This document shows, in pieces, positions 26,391 through 34,606 of a DNA stretch of 64,000 bases. This DNA is from Candidatus Dojkabacteria bacterium. Lineage in GTDB: Bacteria; Patescibacteriota; Dojkabacteria; SC72; JAFGCJ01. The DNA is taken from contig JAFGCJ010000004.1 in NCBI GenBank assembly GCA_016932785.1, forward strand, positions 5,447-69,446, read 5' to 3'. Numbering within the stretch: the stretch's first letter is position 1; each line of letters starts with the position of its first letter. The notes beneath the pieces are model-generated. The model was given only the letters and a program-made list of their open reading frames with translations, ran no database searches and had not been told where the DNA came from. Made by a program: the position numbers and the translations under genes.

Positions 26391-27680
26391 ATGGCTATAA
26401 GCAATAAATCTTCCAGTGCTCTAGCAAAGACTGCTGCTAGTTCTTCATCGAAATCTGCAAAGCAGGATGATCCGGGTTTTAAGGTGAGTATTCCTAGTCT
26501 TCAGGATCTTCTTGAGGCCGGTGCACATTTTGGGCACAAGACCAGCAGATGGAATCCAAAGATGAAGAAGTATATTTTTGATACGCGCTCAGGGATTCAC
26601 ATAATCGATCTTACCCAGACGATAAATCTTCTTGAAGATGCTGTGCGATTTCTCCATAAAGCTTCTAAACAGGGTAATATTCTACTCGTAGGAACTAAGG
26701 GTCAGGCTGCAACTCTGATCAAGAATTCAGGTGCTGATCATGGGGCTTTTTACATAAGCAGACGTTGGCCTGGTGGGCTTCTTACTAATTATAAGAACAT
26801 AAGGAGGAGTGTTAAACGATTGATTGAAATCGAGGAAAATCTGGCCTCGCATAAGGGCTATGAAACAAAGAAGGAGAGGATGGTTATGGAAAAAGATAGA
26901 GATCGACTTTCAAAACTATATGAGGGTGTGAGGTTCATGGACAAGGAGCCAGCAGCTATGGTTGTTATCGATACCAGGGTTGAGAAAAATGCTATTAAGG
27001 AAGCTAAAAAACGTGGAATCAAGGTGGCTGGACTTATAGACACAAATTGTGATCCTAATCTTGTAGATTATCCTATCCCTGCTAATGACGACGCTCTTAA
27101 ATCCATTAGGTTGTTTGTTGAGACGTTGGTTCATGGGTTTTCGGGTTCAGATACGAGCGCGAGGCTTATTGGATTAAGAAATGATCATGCTGCAAAGCTT
27201 GCTGATCTTGAAGCAAAAGCTGTTGCTGAGGAGGAGAGAATTAAGAGAGAAAAAGAGCTTGAGGTTCAGAGGTTGAAGGCAATGAAGGAAGGTAAGGTCG
27301 TTGAAACCGGACGAACAGATACAAAAGTATTTAGGATAGTTAAAAAAGAGGACCAGGAGAATGCTGAAGAAAAAGAAACTACTAAAGAGCTTTCTAATGC
27401 AGAGACGAAGGTTGAGACAAAGGTAAAGAAAGCTCAATCTAAGGTAGCAAAAAAGGAAGTCAAGCCAAGTAAAACCTCTAAGAAAAAAGTTACCCCGAAA
27501 ACTAAAAAGACAAAGAAGACCGTCTCTAAGAAGACAACAAAGAAATCTACAAAAAAACCTTCTAGGGAAACGACCAAGAAGACTACTAAGAAAACAACGA
27601 AAAGGAAGTCTACAAAGAAGACACCAGTAAAGAAAACGAGGTCCAAGTCTTCGAAAAAGACCTCGAAATCCAAGAAGTAA
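26391..27680 (+). CDS. rpsB: 30S ribosomal protein S2 with N-terminal (~30 aa) and C-terminal (~165 aa, Lys/Thr/Ser-rich) extensions
   Basis: An AAGGAGG Shine-Dalgarno lies 7 nt before the ATG at 26391. The core contains LLEAGAHFGHKTSRWNPKM. The tail is KKTTKK-type low complexity. Confidence 0.95.
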   Translation: MAISNKSSSALAKTAASSSSKSAKQDDPGFKVSIPSLQDLLEAGAHFGHKTSRWNPKMKKYIFDTRSGIHIIDLTQTINLLEDAVRFLHKASKQGNILLVGTKGQAATLIKNSGADHGAFYISRRWPGGLLTNYKNIRRSVKRLIEIEENLASHKGYETKKERMVMEKDRDRLSKLYEGVRFMDKEPAAMVVIDTRVEKNAIKEAKKRGIKVAGLIDTNCDPNLVDYPIPANDDALKSIRLFVETLVHGFSGSDTSARLIGLRNDHAAKLADLEAKAVAEEERIKREKELEVQRLKAMKEGKVVETGRTDTKVFRIVKKEDQENAEEKETTKELSNAETKVETKVKKAQSKVAKKEVKPSKTSKKKVTPKTKKTKKTVSKKTTKKSTKKPSRETTKKTTKKTTKRKSTKKTPVKKTRSKSSKKTSKSKK

Positions 27681-27700
27681 TTAATTAAGAATTAAGACAT

Positions 27701-28417
27701 ATGGGTGTAACAATTGACCAGATTAAAGACCTTAGAGATAAAACCTCTGCCGGAATGGGTCTCTGTAAGGAGGCTCTTGAAAAATCCAAGGGCGATATGG
27801 ACAAAGCTATCGAATACGTAAATAAGAGAAGCGATGTGATAAGTCGCCTTTATAACCAGACAGGTGCAAAGATTGGTCACTGTAAATTGGCCTATGAAGA
27901 AGCGGGCCAGGACTTCGAAAAGGCTGTTGAAATAATTAAGGAAAGAGGCTGGGAAGAGGATGTTTCAGACAGCGCAGCAAAGGTGAAAAGGGAAGGCATT
28001 CTCGGGTTTTATGTTCATGGCGTTGACCAGAAGACGGCTGCTGTTGTGGAGCTCTTCTGTGACACTGATTTTGTTGCTAAGAATGAGAAATTCCAAAACT
28101 TGGCCAAGGAGTTAGCAATGCAGGTTGCTGCAATGAACCCTAAGTATGCAAGTAAGGAATCTGTTCCTGAAGAAGTTATTAAAGAAGAAAAAAAGGTTAT
28201 TAGCAAGTCTGATGACATAGAGGGGAAGCCGGATGATGTTGTTGAGAAAATTGTTGATGGAAAAATGAACAAGTTCTATCAGGAAAACTGTTTACTAGAG
28301 CAGAACTATTTTAGGGATGATTCAGTCAAGGTTTCGAGCCTTGTTGATGATGCCCGGGTGAAGCTTGGTGAAAAAATCGAGGTGGGTCGTATTTACAGGA
28401 TTGGCCTTGGAGAGTAG
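27701..28417 (+). CDS. tsf: elongation factor Ts with a tandemly duplicated N-terminal UBA-like domain
   Basis: IKDLRDKTSAGMGLCKEALEKSKGDMDKAIEYV is followed by ISRLYNQTGAKIGHCKLAYEEAGQDFEKAVEII. The core contains VELFCDTDFVAKNEKF. Confidence 0.93.
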   Translation: MGVTIDQIKDLRDKTSAGMGLCKEALEKSKGDMDKAIEYVNKRSDVISRLYNQTGAKIGHCKLAYEEAGQDFEKAVEIIKERGWEEDVSDSAAKVKREGILGFYVHGVDQKTAAVVELFCDTDFVAKNEKFQNLAKELAMQVAAMNPKYASKESVPEEVIKEEKKVISKSDDIEGKPDDVVEKIVDGKMNKFYQENCLLEQNYFRDDSVKVSSLVDDARVKLGEKIEVGRIYRIGLGE

Positions 28418-28581
28418 AATTCGGATGGGAATTTTTCCCAATAAAGCGTGTTGCCTTAAGGGCAATTAACCAGACGCTGTCAAGAGAAGTTACACTATTT
28501 TCTGGCTGCGTCATTCGGAAAAACTATGCGAGCAAAGTTTTTCGCTCACTTTCCTCGCAAATAAATTGTTCTTTTTAAAGA

Positions 28582-29130
28582 ATGACTCTTTCAGAAGGAA
28601 AGGAGAGTATTAATTCGATTGTTGAATCTCTCAAGGACGGTCTGTCGAAGATGAGGACGGGCAGAGCAAATCCGGATGTTCTGGATTCGGTTGTGGTTAA
28701 TGTATACGAATCAGAGATGCCAATAAAGCATATTGCAAATGTGTCAGTTCCGGATGCACGAACCATAGTTATTCAACCTTGGGATACACAGAATACAGAG
28801 AAAATTGAGAAGGCACTTCTTTCTTCGGATATTGGTATGACACCTGTCGTTGATGGTGAGATTATAAGACTTTCCGTACCTTCGCTTACGCAGGATCTCC
28901 GCGAGCAGTATGTAAAGGAAATGAAGGATATGGTTGAAGAGGCTAGAATTGCTATTCGGGAGGTTAGACACAGGATGATGGACGCAGCTGATAAGTCTGC
29001 AGAAGGAGGAGGTGTCTCGGAGGACGATATAAAAAGGCAGAAAGATGCTATTGAGAATGCGGTAACTGAGGTTATGGATAGACTGAAAGAGGTTGCTGAT
29101 AATAAAGAGAAAGAGCTGATGACTGTTTAA
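28582..29130 (+). CDS. frr: ribosome recycling factor
   Basis: LSKMRTGRANPDVLDSVVV...IQPWD...ALLSSDIGMTP. Confidence 0.95.
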   Translation: MTLSEGKESINSIVESLKDGLSKMRTGRANPDVLDSVVVNVYESEMPIKHIANVSVPDARTIVIQPWDTQNTEKIEKALLSSDIGMTPVVDGEIIRLSVPSLTQDLREQYVKEMKDMVEEARIAIREVRHRMMDAADKSAEGGGVSEDDIKRQKDAIENAVTEVMDRLKEVADNKEKELMTV

Positions 29131-29149
29131 ATTTCCTTAATTCTATAAA

Positions 29150-30295
29150 ATGGTTTCTACTATTATTACGGTTTTGTTGTTTGTATTGATAATTGGGGTT
29201 GTTGTGACAATCCATGAGGTTGGGCATTACGCTGCGGCAAGGCTTTCAGGAATGCTTGTTGAAGAATTTTCTTTTGGTTTTGGCCCCAAACTTGTTTCTA
29301 AGAAATGGGGTGATACAGAGTACATGATCAAACTTTTTCCATTAGGAGGGTATGTAAAGATACTTGGTGAGGAGATGGAGATAAAGGACAAGAGGAGCTT
29401 CAGTGAGAAATCTATTATTTCGAGAATGTTTGTTGCGGTTGCCGGTGTGTTAATGAATTTTCTGCTTGCAGTTGTTCTGTTTTATATAGTCTTAGGTGCC
29501 CGCGGTTTCTCGTATGAAGGTATTCCTTATTATGAAAATCTCAATTTGTGGTTTGGAGATCAGGAGGAGTTCTACGCTTACAATGTAACTGTTATTGGTA
29601 TTACTGACGATGGAGGGGCAGATAAGGCGGGGCTGGAAGAGCCCTTTGAAATACTTGGTGTTGATGGTAATCCTGTTGAGTCTGTTAAAGATCTTAAGGA
29701 CGAACTTGAGGGGAAAGAGGAGAAAACAGTTGATTTGACAATTTACAAGGATGGAGAGGAGAAGGATGTTGAAGTAGTTGAAAATAAAGAGGGTTTGATA
29801 GGCGTGGAACTTGCAAGTGACTTTAAGTTGATTCGAGTTGAATATAATGGAGTAGAAAGGATTTTTGCCGGATTTTTACATTTTGCTAATATGACAAAAG
29901 CAAATATCTTTGTCTTCGGGAGATTAATTTCGAAGTCTGTCGAGGAGAAATCAGTCAAGCCAGTTGCAACATCAGTGTCCGGGCCTATCGGGTTGTTCGT
30001 TGTCATAGATTTGGTAAGGGAGTTTGCAGGCACGGTTGGAATATTGGATTTGATAGCCACGCTCAATCTAACTCTTGTAATTATAAATATCCTTCCATTC
30101 CCTGCTTTGGACGGAGGACATGTGTTATTTATGACTATTGAAGCTGTAAGGGGAAAACCGGTCAACAAGAACGTCGAAAGATGGCTCGTTAATATTGGTA
30201 TGATAATAATGTTTGGTTTGATGATATTGATATCGGCAAAAGATGTGTTTCAGTTTGAGGTTTTTGACTGGATAAAAGGTTTATTTGTAGGTTGA
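29150..30295 (+). CDS. rseP: RIP metalloprotease RseP (M50 with PDZ)
   Basis: HEVGHY zinc motif, a central PDZ-like segment, and NILPFPALDGGH. Confidence 0.9.
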   Translation: MVSTIITVLLFVLIIGVVVTIHEVGHYAAARLSGMLVEEFSFGFGPKLVSKKWGDTEYMIKLFPLGGYVKILGEEMEIKDKRSFSEKSIISRMFVAVAGVLMNFLLAVVLFYIVLGARGFSYEGIPYYENLNLWFGDQEEFYAYNVTVIGITDDGGADKAGLEEPFEILGVDGNPVESVKDLKDELEGKEEKTVDLTIYKDGEEKDVEVVENKEGLIGVELASDFKLIRVEYNGVERIFAGFLHFANMTKANIFVFGRLISKSVEEKSVKPVATSVSGPIGLFVVIDLVREFAGTVGILDLIATLNLTLVIINILPFPALDGGHVLFMTIEAVRGKPVNKNVERWLVNIGMIIMFGLMILISAKDVFQFEVFDWIKGLFVG

Positions 30296-30397
30296 TGTGT
30301 TTTTGTTCGTAGTTATTGCGACTGGCTCATCTTTATTGTATTATTTTTGTAGAGTTTTATGGTATACTTTTGCTCAATAAGTTGGTGGAGTTAACTT

Positions 30398-32584
30398 GTG
30401 GCAATTCGGGTAAATCGAAAAACTGCTGTAATCATAGGTGTTTCTCTTTTCGTTGTTCTTGCCGGTGTCGGTGGTTTCATTGTGTGGAGGCTGAATCAGC
30501 CTAGAGAAGTTACGCCTGAAGAGAGTGAGGCTGCGGAGTGTGAGCCTCCTAGCTGTGAGGCCGGTGGTTCATGCCACGGTCCGGGAAGTACTGCAAAAAA
30601 TAAGGATAACGGATGCACATATACGTGTGTGAATGGCTCTTGGAAAAACCCCGACTGTCCAGGTTCAGATGATGATGACGATGACGATGGAGAAGGATGC
30701 GAAGGTAACGAGGGAGATTACAACAACGGTTGCTGTGAAAGGGCAGACGGATCGTTATATTGTCATGGAGATTTGGAATGTATTGGTGGAACGTGTTTGC
30801 CCCCTGCCGTAGGAGATGACGACGATGATGACGGCGGCGAGGAATATACTCCGAGTGATACTCATAGTTGTAGTGGAAGCTCATCGGACCCAGCATACGG
30901 CTGTGCTGACGTACATTGTGAATATCCGTATGCTACATATTGTAAGAATGGCCAATGTCAATGTGTTAAGTACAATGTGCAGAGTGGCTGGCCTGCTGGT
31001 TGTACGGGGGCGCCCACTGGTCCGGAACCTGCCGCTTGTCCTGCCGGGATGACTTCATGTACCAAAGGAACCGCTGGATGTGAAGAATATGACTGTCAGA
31101 AATGGGAATGTCCTGGTTGTGATAACCCTTCGTATAAATGTACTTACTGCAAAACCTCATCTTCTGGTAGCAACGAGTGTGAAACAGGAAATCTTGATAC
31201 ACCGGCCGCTGGTAGTACTGTACCTGAGGGCCAGACAGTTAGAATTGAAGGTTGGGCTGCAGACGGAGATGGTATAGATACATCGAGAATTGAAGTAACA
31301 ATAGACGGAAATCATGTTGGTAATGCTACTGCAGAAAATGCTTGTCCTGACAGGAGAGCCGATGTCTGTAATGCAGTAGGGGAAGGAAAACACCCTGTTG
31401 CATGGGTTTATGATTGGGTTGCTACTGGACAGGGGAACCATACTATAAGCGTTAGATGGTGGGATTCAGAAGGTCTTACCAGCTCTGACTGTCGTGATTC
31501 AACGAATATAACGGTTTCTGGTGTTAGTTATCTTCAGATTCAAGGTAGAGTGTTCTGCCAGGATCCAGGAGGAGAGCTATATCCGATTCCTGGTGCTACG
31601 GTGACTTTTTCCAAGACTGGAGGGAGTGATGAAACTCTTACTACGGATAGTGATGGTTTTTATAGATCTGCTGCAAATACAACTCAGAAGTCTGAGGAAC
31701 CATTCTCTGTTGATTTTGGAAGTATTCCAAGTGGAACATTACCGACAGGTGTTGACTATGAGGATATGACAGGTCCCACACTTTCTGGGACTGAAAATTG
31801 TCCGAGTAGATGTAGTTCATGTTCTGGTACTAGCTATTCCAGTTGCTCAGGATTTTCAGCAACAGGGATAAATACACACTTCGATTGGCAGTTTGTAGAC
31901 TGTGATTTGTCTCAACCTAATACTGAATGGGAACTTGAAAAAGAGGGATCTATCGTCTGCGTGGAAGAGGGAACTCCAAATGTTCACGCTATAGCGACCT
32001 ATGTTATCAGGGTGAGAAATATAGTAGAAGGGTCAACAGGTAGGCTTTTGAAAGTTGAGAACTATTATGATGAGACGGGTGTTGGTATTCAGGCGAGCTG
32101 GATTACTTCGACGACCCCCACCGCAACTTCTGTTGATAGCGAAAAAATCGTTTGGGAGCTTACGGGTGATGACCAAATATTTGAATACTGTGGTGATGAT
32201 ACCTGCTGGAGGGAATTCAGATATACCGTTCGTGTTCCTAGAGACCTGTTTGGAGACACAATTGTTGATCATGCAATAGGCTATCCGGAGACCGGAGAAC
32301 CTCTGCACGCATATGAGGATGTGGTCATCATATGTGGTCTACCAATAAGTGGAATTATGGATAGCTTTGCAGCAAGATTGGCACTCGGAGGAATACTTAT
32401 AGCCTTGGGGTATCTTTCATATCGCTATCTCTATTTGGACAAGGCATTTCTTGCAATGGGAAATGGCGTGAGTGGCTTTGTAGAAGGTCTGAAGTTTGGT
32501 CTTAGTAAAGAAGGATCTAAGAGCCGATGGGAGAAAAAAGTTATTAAAAGTGTGGATAAAAAGAGGAGGAAATCAAAGAAATAG
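30398..32584 (+). CDS. membrane-anchored Cys-rich, poly-Asp surface protein with Ig-like, CarboxypepD_reg-like and DUF11-like modules
   Basis: GTG start preceded by GGTGGAG. N-terminal TM. About 60 Cys within ~230 aa. D7 and D6 runs. IQGRVFCQD...TDSDGFYRS. C-terminal LPISG, then a hydrophobic segment and a K/R tail. Confidence 0.8.
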   Translation: MAIRVNRKTAVIIGVSLFVVLAGVGGFIVWRLNQPREVTPEESEAAECEPPSCEAGGSCHGPGSTAKNKDNGCTYTCVNGSWKNPDCPGSDDDDDDDGEGCEGNEGDYNNGCCERADGSLYCHGDLECIGGTCLPPAVGDDDDDDGGEEYTPSDTHSCSGSSSDPAYGCADVHCEYPYATYCKNGQCQCVKYNVQSGWPAGCTGAPTGPEPAACPAGMTSCTKGTAGCEEYDCQKWECPGCDNPSYKCTYCKTSSSGSNECETGNLDTPAAGSTVPEGQTVRIEGWAADGDGIDTSRIEVTIDGNHVGNATAENACPDRRADVCNAVGEGKHPVAWVYDWVATGQGNHTISVRWWDSEGLTSSDCRDSTNITVSGVSYLQIQGRVFCQDPGGELYPIPGATVTFSKTGGSDETLTTDSDGFYRSAANTTQKSEEPFSVDFGSIPSGTLPTGVDYEDMTGPTLSGTENCPSRCSSCSGTSYSSCSGFSATGINTHFDWQFVDCDLSQPNTEWELEKEGSIVCVEEGTPNVHAIATYVIRVRNIVEGSTGRLLKVENYYDETGVGIQASWITSTTPTATSVDSEKIVWELTGDDQIFEYCGDDTCWREFRYTVRVPRDLFGDTIVDHAIGYPETGEPLHAYEDVVIICGLPISGIMDSFAARLALGGILIALGYLSYRYLYLDKAFLAMGNGVSGFVEGLKFGLSKEGSKSRWEKKVIKSVDKKRRKSKK

Positions 32585-32641
32585 GGTGTTAGGTGTTGTT
32601 ATTTCAATTTTCCGTAAATTTATTATATAATCCAGTCCGTT

Positions 32642-32845
32642 ATGGCAGTTATTGTACATGCAAATGAAAATATAGAATCAGCTCTAAAGAGACTCCACAG
32701 AGAGGTCATCAGAGAAAAAGTAATCGAAACGGCAAGGGAAAAGCAGTATCGAATAAAGAAAAGTGATCTCGAAATAGAGAAAAGGAGACTTTGGGCTAAA
32801 ACAAAGAGAAGACGAAGAACAGCCAGACGCAGAATGCGTAAGTAA
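32642..32845 (+). CDS. rpsU: 30S ribosomal protein S21
   Basis: ESALKRLHREV...RRRRTARRRMRK. Confidence 0.9.
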   Translation: MAVIVHANENIESALKRLHREVIREKVIETAREKQYRIKKSDLEIEKRRLWAKTKRRRRTARRRMRK

Positions 32846-32886
32846 GGCTTTGCAACTTTTCAAATAAATTTCTTTTTATACGACCT

Positions 32887-33339
32887 ATGTCTTTACTTCA
32901 AGAAATTCAGAAGGAATCGATTCTCGCGATGAAAGAGAAGAATACTGTTAAGCAGGATATTCTTAAGCTTCTCATTGCTGCTCTTAAAAATGCTCAGATT
33001 GCTAAACCTGGTGGAAAAGAATTGACGAAAGAGGAAGAAGTGAAGGTGATTTTTTCTGAATCAAAGAAGATTAAGGATTCCATTGAAAAGTTTAAAGAAG
33101 CTGGTAGAGAAGATCTCTTGAATCGTGAAGAGGAGCAACTGGGATATGTTGAAAAGTATCTTCCTGCTCAGGCGGGTGAAGACGATATTATTAAGGTCGT
33201 TGAGAAAGCTATAAAAGAGGTTGATGCTTCGGGTATGGGTGATATGGGTCGGGTAATGGGACTTGTAATGAAAGAACTTCAGGGGAAGGCTGATGGAGCT
33301 GTCGTGAACCGGATTGTAAAGAGCAAATTATCTGAATAG
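32887..33339 (+). CDS. yqeY: GatB/YqeY domain protein
   Basis: 150 aa, MSLLQEIQKESILAMKEKN...YLPAQ...MGDMGRVMGLVMKEL. Confidence 0.85.
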   Translation: MSLLQEIQKESILAMKEKNTVKQDILKLLIAALKNAQIAKPGGKELTKEEEVKVIFSESKKIKDSIEKFKEAGREDLLNREEEQLGYVEKYLPAQAGEDDIIKVVEKAIKEVDASGMGDMGRVMGLVMKELQGKADGAVVNRIVKSKLSE

Positions 33340-33355
33340 TAATTTTGAGATCCAG

Positions 33356-33811
33356 ATGTCAGATTCATTAGATATTTTCTTATTTAATTCTTGTTCCTCC
33401 GATTTATGTAGTACCGGGTATACGGTGCTGCTTGATAGGATAAAGGATATTTCAAGGTTAGTTTCATCCAAAGTAAAAGAACTTAAAGGGTTTGAGATAA
33501 ATGTAATCATTGCTGATGGAAGGACTATGAGGGGTCTTAATAAGAGGTTTCGCCGGGTTGATAGCAGTACAGATGTATTAGCTTTTCCTTTTGATGAACC
33601 GGGTTTCGGAGAAATTTGGCTCTGTCCTTCTGTGATAGAAAAGAACGCGAAGAAATATAACCAGAGTTTTGATTTGGAGCTTATTAGGGTCCTAATTCAT
33701 GGGATGTTGCATCTAGGCGGGTATGATCATAAGGGAAAGTTTATTTCTTCCAGTGTTTCTAAGGAAAAAATGTTTAGGGTGCAGGAACAGATTTTGTCGG
33801 GGCTGGTTTAG
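33356..33811 (+). CDS. ybeY: rRNA maturation endoribonuclease YbeY
   Basis: HGMLHLGGYDH zinc motif. Confidence 0.9.
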   Translation: MSDSLDIFLFNSCSSDLCSTGYTVLLDRIKDISRLVSSKVKELKGFEINVIIADGRTMRGLNKRFRRVDSSTDVLAFPFDEPGFGEIWLCPSVIEKNAKKYNQSFDLELIRVLIHGMLHLGGYDHKGKFISSSVSKEKMFRVQEQILSGLV

Positions 33812-33939
33812 GGTCTGACCCCCGTTAGGTCTGTCCCCCGATAAATCCTTATGATGGCGCTTTTTTAATAGAAATTTCATTAAAAAACCCTTGGAAAACC
33901 GTGTAAATTGGGGTCAAACCTGTTGGGGGACAGACCCCC
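33811..33939. repeat. four copies of a G/C-rich 12-mer (GGTCTGWCCCCC), two direct and two inverted, around an A/T palindrome
   Basis: The four copies are gggtctgaccccc (33811-33823), ggtctgtccccc (33828-33839), ggggtcaaacc (33910-33920) and gggggacagaccccc (33925-33939). The second and fourth are exact reverse complements over 12 nt. The centre reads ttttttaat-agaaatttc-attaaaaaa. Confidence 0.75.
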
Positions 33940-33964
33940 AACTATAAGATGTTATAATGAAAAC

Positions 33965-34528
33965 ATGAAAGTTGTCTTTGGTTTGGGAAATCCCGGAGAA
34001 AAATATGCAAATACGAGACATAACGCCGGATTTTTCTTTGTCGACAAACTTCGAGAGTTTATGGGTTGGGATAAATTTTGGGATGTTGGTCAATGGCAAC
34101 TCGATAAGTATTTAAACTCGGAAGTTTGTACTGCCAGGTCAGAATCTGAGAATAAGCTTGTGCTTGTAAAACCGGTTACGTTCATGAATAAGAGTGGAAT
34201 AGCGGCAAAACAGATTGTTGCAAGGTATGGTATCTCCCTGAAAGATGAGTTTGTATTGGTACATGATGATTTGGATATAGAATTGGGTAGTTATAAGATA
34301 CATACGGGTGTTTCACCTAAGCAGCATAATGGAGTCAGGAGTGTTGAAAATATGTTGGGTAGTAGCAACTTTCTTAGGGTTAGAATTGGAATAGATAGCC
34401 GCTCTGGAGATAGAACAATCCCTTCAGATGATTATGTTCTTATGAAAATGTCTGATAGTGAGGTTGAAATACTGGAAGAGGCGGTGATAGCAGCTGTCAA
34501 AAGCCTGAGAAATGTATATGAGTTCTGA
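33965..34528 (+). CDS. pth: peptidyl-tRNA hydrolase
   Basis: MKVVFGLGNPGEKYANTRHNAGF...HDDLD...NGVRS. The start was set at the ATG at 33965; ends in TGA. Confidence 0.9.
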   Translation: MKVVFGLGNPGEKYANTRHNAGFFFVDKLREFMGWDKFWDVGQWQLDKYLNSEVCTARSESENKLVLVKPVTFMNKSGIAAKQIVARYGISLKDEFVLVHDDLDIELGSYKIHTGVSPKQHNGVRSVENMLGSSNFLRVRIGIDSRSGDRTIPSDDYVLMKMSDSEVEILEEAVIAAVKSLRNVYEF

Positions 34529-34606
34529 TTTGAACCCAAGATGTGATGATGTATGTTCTATTCTAGGTTTGTGTATTCGATCTTGCTGTTGTGAAATTCT
34601 TGTAAC

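Noticed and set aside
30316-30504. 62-aa ORF upstream of and overlapping the surface-protein gene
   Set aside because: It overlaps the better-supported GTG start at 30398 (preceded by GGTGGAG) and has no independent support.
32551-32559. Perfect DnaA box (TGTGGATAA) as a hint of oriC
   Set aside because: It is a single copy inside a coding region. There is no cluster of boxes, no AT-rich unwinding element and no dnaA or dnaN nearby.
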